A stretch of 64,000 nt of DNA from assembly GCA_964607465.1 (NCBI GenBank), contig CAZSKS010000003.1:7818-71817 (forward strand). Reading direction: 5' to 3'. A program made the translations under genes and the position numbers. Every line of letters starts with the position of its first letter. The first letter of the stretch is position 1. Under the pieces are notes generated by a model. That model saw nothing but the letters and a program-made list of their open reading frames with translations. It was not told where the DNA came from and did no database searches. Below are positions 61,803 through 64,000 of this stretch, in pieces. The DNA is from an uncultured Gemmatimonadota bacterium. Its GTDB lineage: Bacteria; Gemmatimonadota; Gemmatimonadetes; Palauibacterales; Palauibacteraceae.

Positions 61803-62369
61803 TCAGCCCTCGGCCAGGAACGGCTCCAGGCCCTCCATGAACTGGTCCGCCGACTGTGGGCCCAGGTAGCGCTCCCGGATGATGCCGTCCCGGTCGATGA
61901 TGAGCGTCGTCGGGAAGCCCACGGCCTCGTAGTGCTCCACCACCTCCTGGGTCGAGCCGCGCCAGATCGGGTAGTCGACCTCGAACCCGTCCAGGAAGTC
62001 CCGGATCTCCTCCGGGGTGCCCGAGTCCACGGCCAGCCCCACCACCGTGCCGCCCCGGGGCTCGATGCGCTCCTGCAGCTCCACCAGGTCCGGGATCTCC
62101 TCCCGGCACGGCGGACACCAGGTGCCCCACAGGTTGAGGACGACCGCCCGGCCGCGCAGCGCCTCCAGGGTAACGGTGTCGCCCTCCAGGGTGCGGAAGG
62201 GCACCGTGGCGGCGGGGATGGCCAGGGATCCGGGCCCGGTGGCCGCGTCCGAGCCCTCCGCGCCGGCCTCCGTTCCGGCGTCCGGCCCGGTGGCGAGCCC
62301 CAGGTAGAGACCGGCCCCGGCGAGGCCCAGGAGGAGGACCATCGACCCGACGATCAGCTTCCGTCTCAT
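61803..62369 (-). CDS. TlpA/ResA-family thiol:disulfide oxidoreductase (membrane-anchored thioredoxin)
   Basis: N-terminal TM anchor and WCPPC active site. Confidence 0.75.
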   Translation of the reverse strand: MRRKLIVGSMVLLLGLAGAGLYLGLATGPDAGTEAGAEGSDAATGPGSLAIPAATVPFRTLEGDTVTLEALRGRAVVLNLWGTWCPPCREEIPDLVELQERIEPRGGTVVGLAVDSGTPEEIRDFLDGFEVDYPIWRGSTQEVVEHYEAVGFPTTLIIDRDGIIRERYLGPQSADQFMEGLEPFLAEG

Positions 62370-62875
62370 GGCTCCAGCTCGTGGCGTGTCACCCGGTCGC
62401 GCTCCGTGTCGTAGACGGCGAAGGTCGGTGGGCCCAGCCGGCCCATGATCTCCCCGGGGTTCAGGGCCAGGGTGTCGCCGTGGCGGCCCTGCTCCCACTC
62501 GTGGCTGTGTCCGTAGCACACCAGGTCGTGCCGGCCGGCCGCCGCCACCGCCCGTCCCACGTCGGGAAAGTGGTGGAGGGCGACGCGGGTTCCGTCGAAC
62601 GCCCCCCCGCCCAGCTCGGCGAACTCGCCGTGCAGGTGGAAGCGGTCGCGGTCGGCCGCCGCCCGGGTGATGCGGTAGCGGTCGCCGTCGTTGTTGCCGA
62701 AGACCACATGCACCGGACCGGCGAAGCCGTCGACCAGCTCCTCCACCATGAAGGGGGCGCACAGGTCGCCGCAGCACAGCAGACGGTCCGCCCCGCCGGC
62801 GGACGCCAGCTCGGCGAGAGCGGACCGCAGCTCGGTGATGTGGTCGTGGATGTCGGAAAGGATCGCGAGTCGCAC
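62366..62875 (-). CDS. Metallophosphoesterase (YfcE-like phosphodiesterase)
   Basis: Motifs MRLAILSDIHD, GDL, GNNDG and GHSH. Confidence 0.75.
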   Translation of the reverse strand: MRLAILSDIHDHITELRSALAELASAGGADRLLCCGDLCAPFMVEELVDGFAGPVHVVFGNNDGDRYRITRAAADRDRFHLHGEFAELGGGAFDGTRVALHHFPDVGRAVAAAGRHDLVCYGHSHEWEQGRHGDTLALNPGEIMGRLGPPTFAVYDTERDRVTRHELEP

Positions 62876-62966
62876 GGGATCTCCTCTCTACGTGACGATG
62901 ACGTATGATAGCGTGTGACCGCGGACGTCGCACCGGTGGGAGAGAGACCGCGAGACGGGAGGCAGG

Positions 62967-63776
62967 ATGGGGCAGCCGTTGTCCGAGAGCGGGCTCCGGG
63001 CCGAGCTCGAGGCCTACTACGGGCCCCTCCTCCCCCACTGGGACCGGACGCTGGCCGACCGAGGGGACCTGGACTTCTGGCGTCGGGCCGTCGAGACCCG
63101 GGAGGGCCCGAGCGTGCTGGAGCTGGGGGCCGGCTCCGGCCGCGTCACCGAGGTGCTGGCCCCGGCGGCCGGCCGGGTCGTGGCGCTGGACCTCGTGCCC
63201 GGGGCGCTCCGCCGGGCGAGGGAGCGGCTGTCGGGGGCGCGGAACGTCCTTCCGCTGGCGGCCGACATGCGGACCTTCCGCCTGGACGCCCGCTTCGACC
63301 TCGTCGTGGCCGCCAATGACCCCTTCTCCCATCTGCGCACCGACCGGGGCCGGCGACGGGCCCTCGAGCGGGTGGCGGGGCACCTGGCTCCCGAGGGCCG
63401 GTTCCTGCTCGACGCGCTCTGGTTCACCGACGCCTGGCTGGAGGAGGCCGCCACCCCCGGGGGGAAGAGCTGGGAGAGCGCCGTGCCCGGAGGGGAGGCA
63501 CCGGAGGACGGGGCGGGCGGCGCCGACGAGCTCCGGGTTCGCCAGCGATGGCGATGCCGGCGGGAGACTCGGCTGTGCGAGGCCCGGTACGAGCTGCTCC
63601 TGGACGGCCGGCGGGTGGCCGAGTCCACCTTCCGGGGGCGCTACTGGACCCCGGAGGAGGTCGACCGGAGCCTCCGCCGGGCCGGGCTGGTCGTGGAGGA
63701 GCTGTGGGGCGACTATCGCCGGTCGGCCTGGACGCCGTCGTCCGACCGCCTGGTCGTGGCGGCCGCGCCGGCCTGA
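62967..63776 (+). CDS. Class I SAM-dependent methyltransferase
   Basis: Motif [13 protein letters not shown], with an acidic loop and motif II. Confidence 0.75.
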   Translation: MGQPLSESGLRAELEAYYGPLLPHWDRTLADRGDLDFWRRAVETREGPSVLELGAGSGRVTEVLAPAAGRVVALDLVPGALRRARERLSGARNVLPLAADMRTFRLDARFDLVVAANDPFSHLRTDRGRRRALERVAGHLAPEGRFLLDALWFTDAWLEEAATPGGKSWESAVPGGEAPEDGAGGADELRVRQRWRCRRETRLCEARYELLLDGRRVAESTFRGRYWTPEEVDRSLRRAGLVVEELWGDYRRSAWTPSSDRLVVAAAPA

Positions 63777-64000
63777 CCGGGGCCCGGCTCCCCCCAGCCG
63801 CCCCCGCCCGGCGTCTCGATCCGCAGCACGTCGCCGGCCCGGCCGTCCACCGTCCCCTTGGCCGGCAGCTCCCGCTCCGCGCCGTCGCGCACCAGCACGT
63901 TCCGACCCGGCCGGCCCGCCTCGCCCCCGGCCAGCCCGTAGGGTCCGCTCCGCCGGCGCTCGGTCAGGAGGCTGATCCGGGCGGGCGCCAGCAGCTCCAG
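63713..64000 (-). CDS. Hydantoinase B / 5-oxoprolinase-family protein, C-terminal fragment. The gene continues past the window end.
   Basis: Manual translation ...[54 protein letters not shown] matches the conserved C-terminal block of HyuB/OplaH. The extreme C-terminus is divergent. Confidence 0.5.
   Translation of the reverse strand: MELLAPARISLLTERRRSGPYGLAGGEAGRPGRNVLVRDGAERELPAKGTVDGRAGDVLRIETPGGGGWGEPGPGQAGAAATTRRSDDGVQADRR

Overview
This is a high-GC (about 70%) bacterial chromosomal segment with roughly 62 protein-coding genes and one tRNA. Nearly all genes are on the minus strand.

The content is overwhelmingly housekeeping. In window order: folD (5' part, runs off the window start), rny (RNase Y), zapA with an upstream coiled-coil gene, pheT, pheS, rplT, rpmI, prfC, a deoxyhypusine-synthase-like gene, thrS, two lipoprotein genes (one with an HExxH metalloprotease motif), groEL and groES, and a tightly packed ten-gene array coaX-birA-nadC-uppP-bshA-miaA-mutL-tatD-secF-secD. 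After that come a DEAD-box helicase, a TonB-like gene, a solo Cas4/RecB-like Fe-S nuclease, an outer-membrane beta-barrel gene, tRNA-Met/Ile2 (CAU), an efflux set of TolC, HlyD adaptor and FtsX/MacB-type permease with no ATPase gene, upp, and selD. The selD gene carries an in-frame UGA selenocysteine codon with a SECIS-like hairpin. The remaining genes are pcm, a 553-aa NAD-binding protein of unknown function, rluB-like, scpB, scpA, a site-2 protease, rpsT, pyrR-pyrB-pyrC translationally coupled to an acidic coiled-coil protein, nhaC, a 2-hydroxyacid dehydrogenase, tadA, gltX, a thiolase, ctaA, an ABC exporter, tlpA, a metallophosphoesterase, a SAM methyltransferase, and the 3' end of a hydantoinase-B/oxoprolinase-family gene that runs off the window end.

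TonB, TolC, an outer-membrane beta-barrel, BshA (bacillithiol) and RNase Y occur together. This suggests a Gram-negative, Bacteroidota/Rhodothermota-like lineage, which is an inference only. I found no CRISPR array, integrase or transposase.

The most unusual non-coding structures are: (i) a five-copy GTTGACG direct-repeat array followed by a perfect 20-bp palindrome and an AT-richer island, in a convergent intergenic gap at 53.4 kb; (ii) a tandem pair of roughly 100-nt units with terminator-like hairpins beside the Cas4-like nuclease at 31.8 kb; (iii) a terminator/attenuator hairpin directly upstream of rpmI-rplT. The many long plus-strand ORFs in the track are antisense artifacts of the high GC content.
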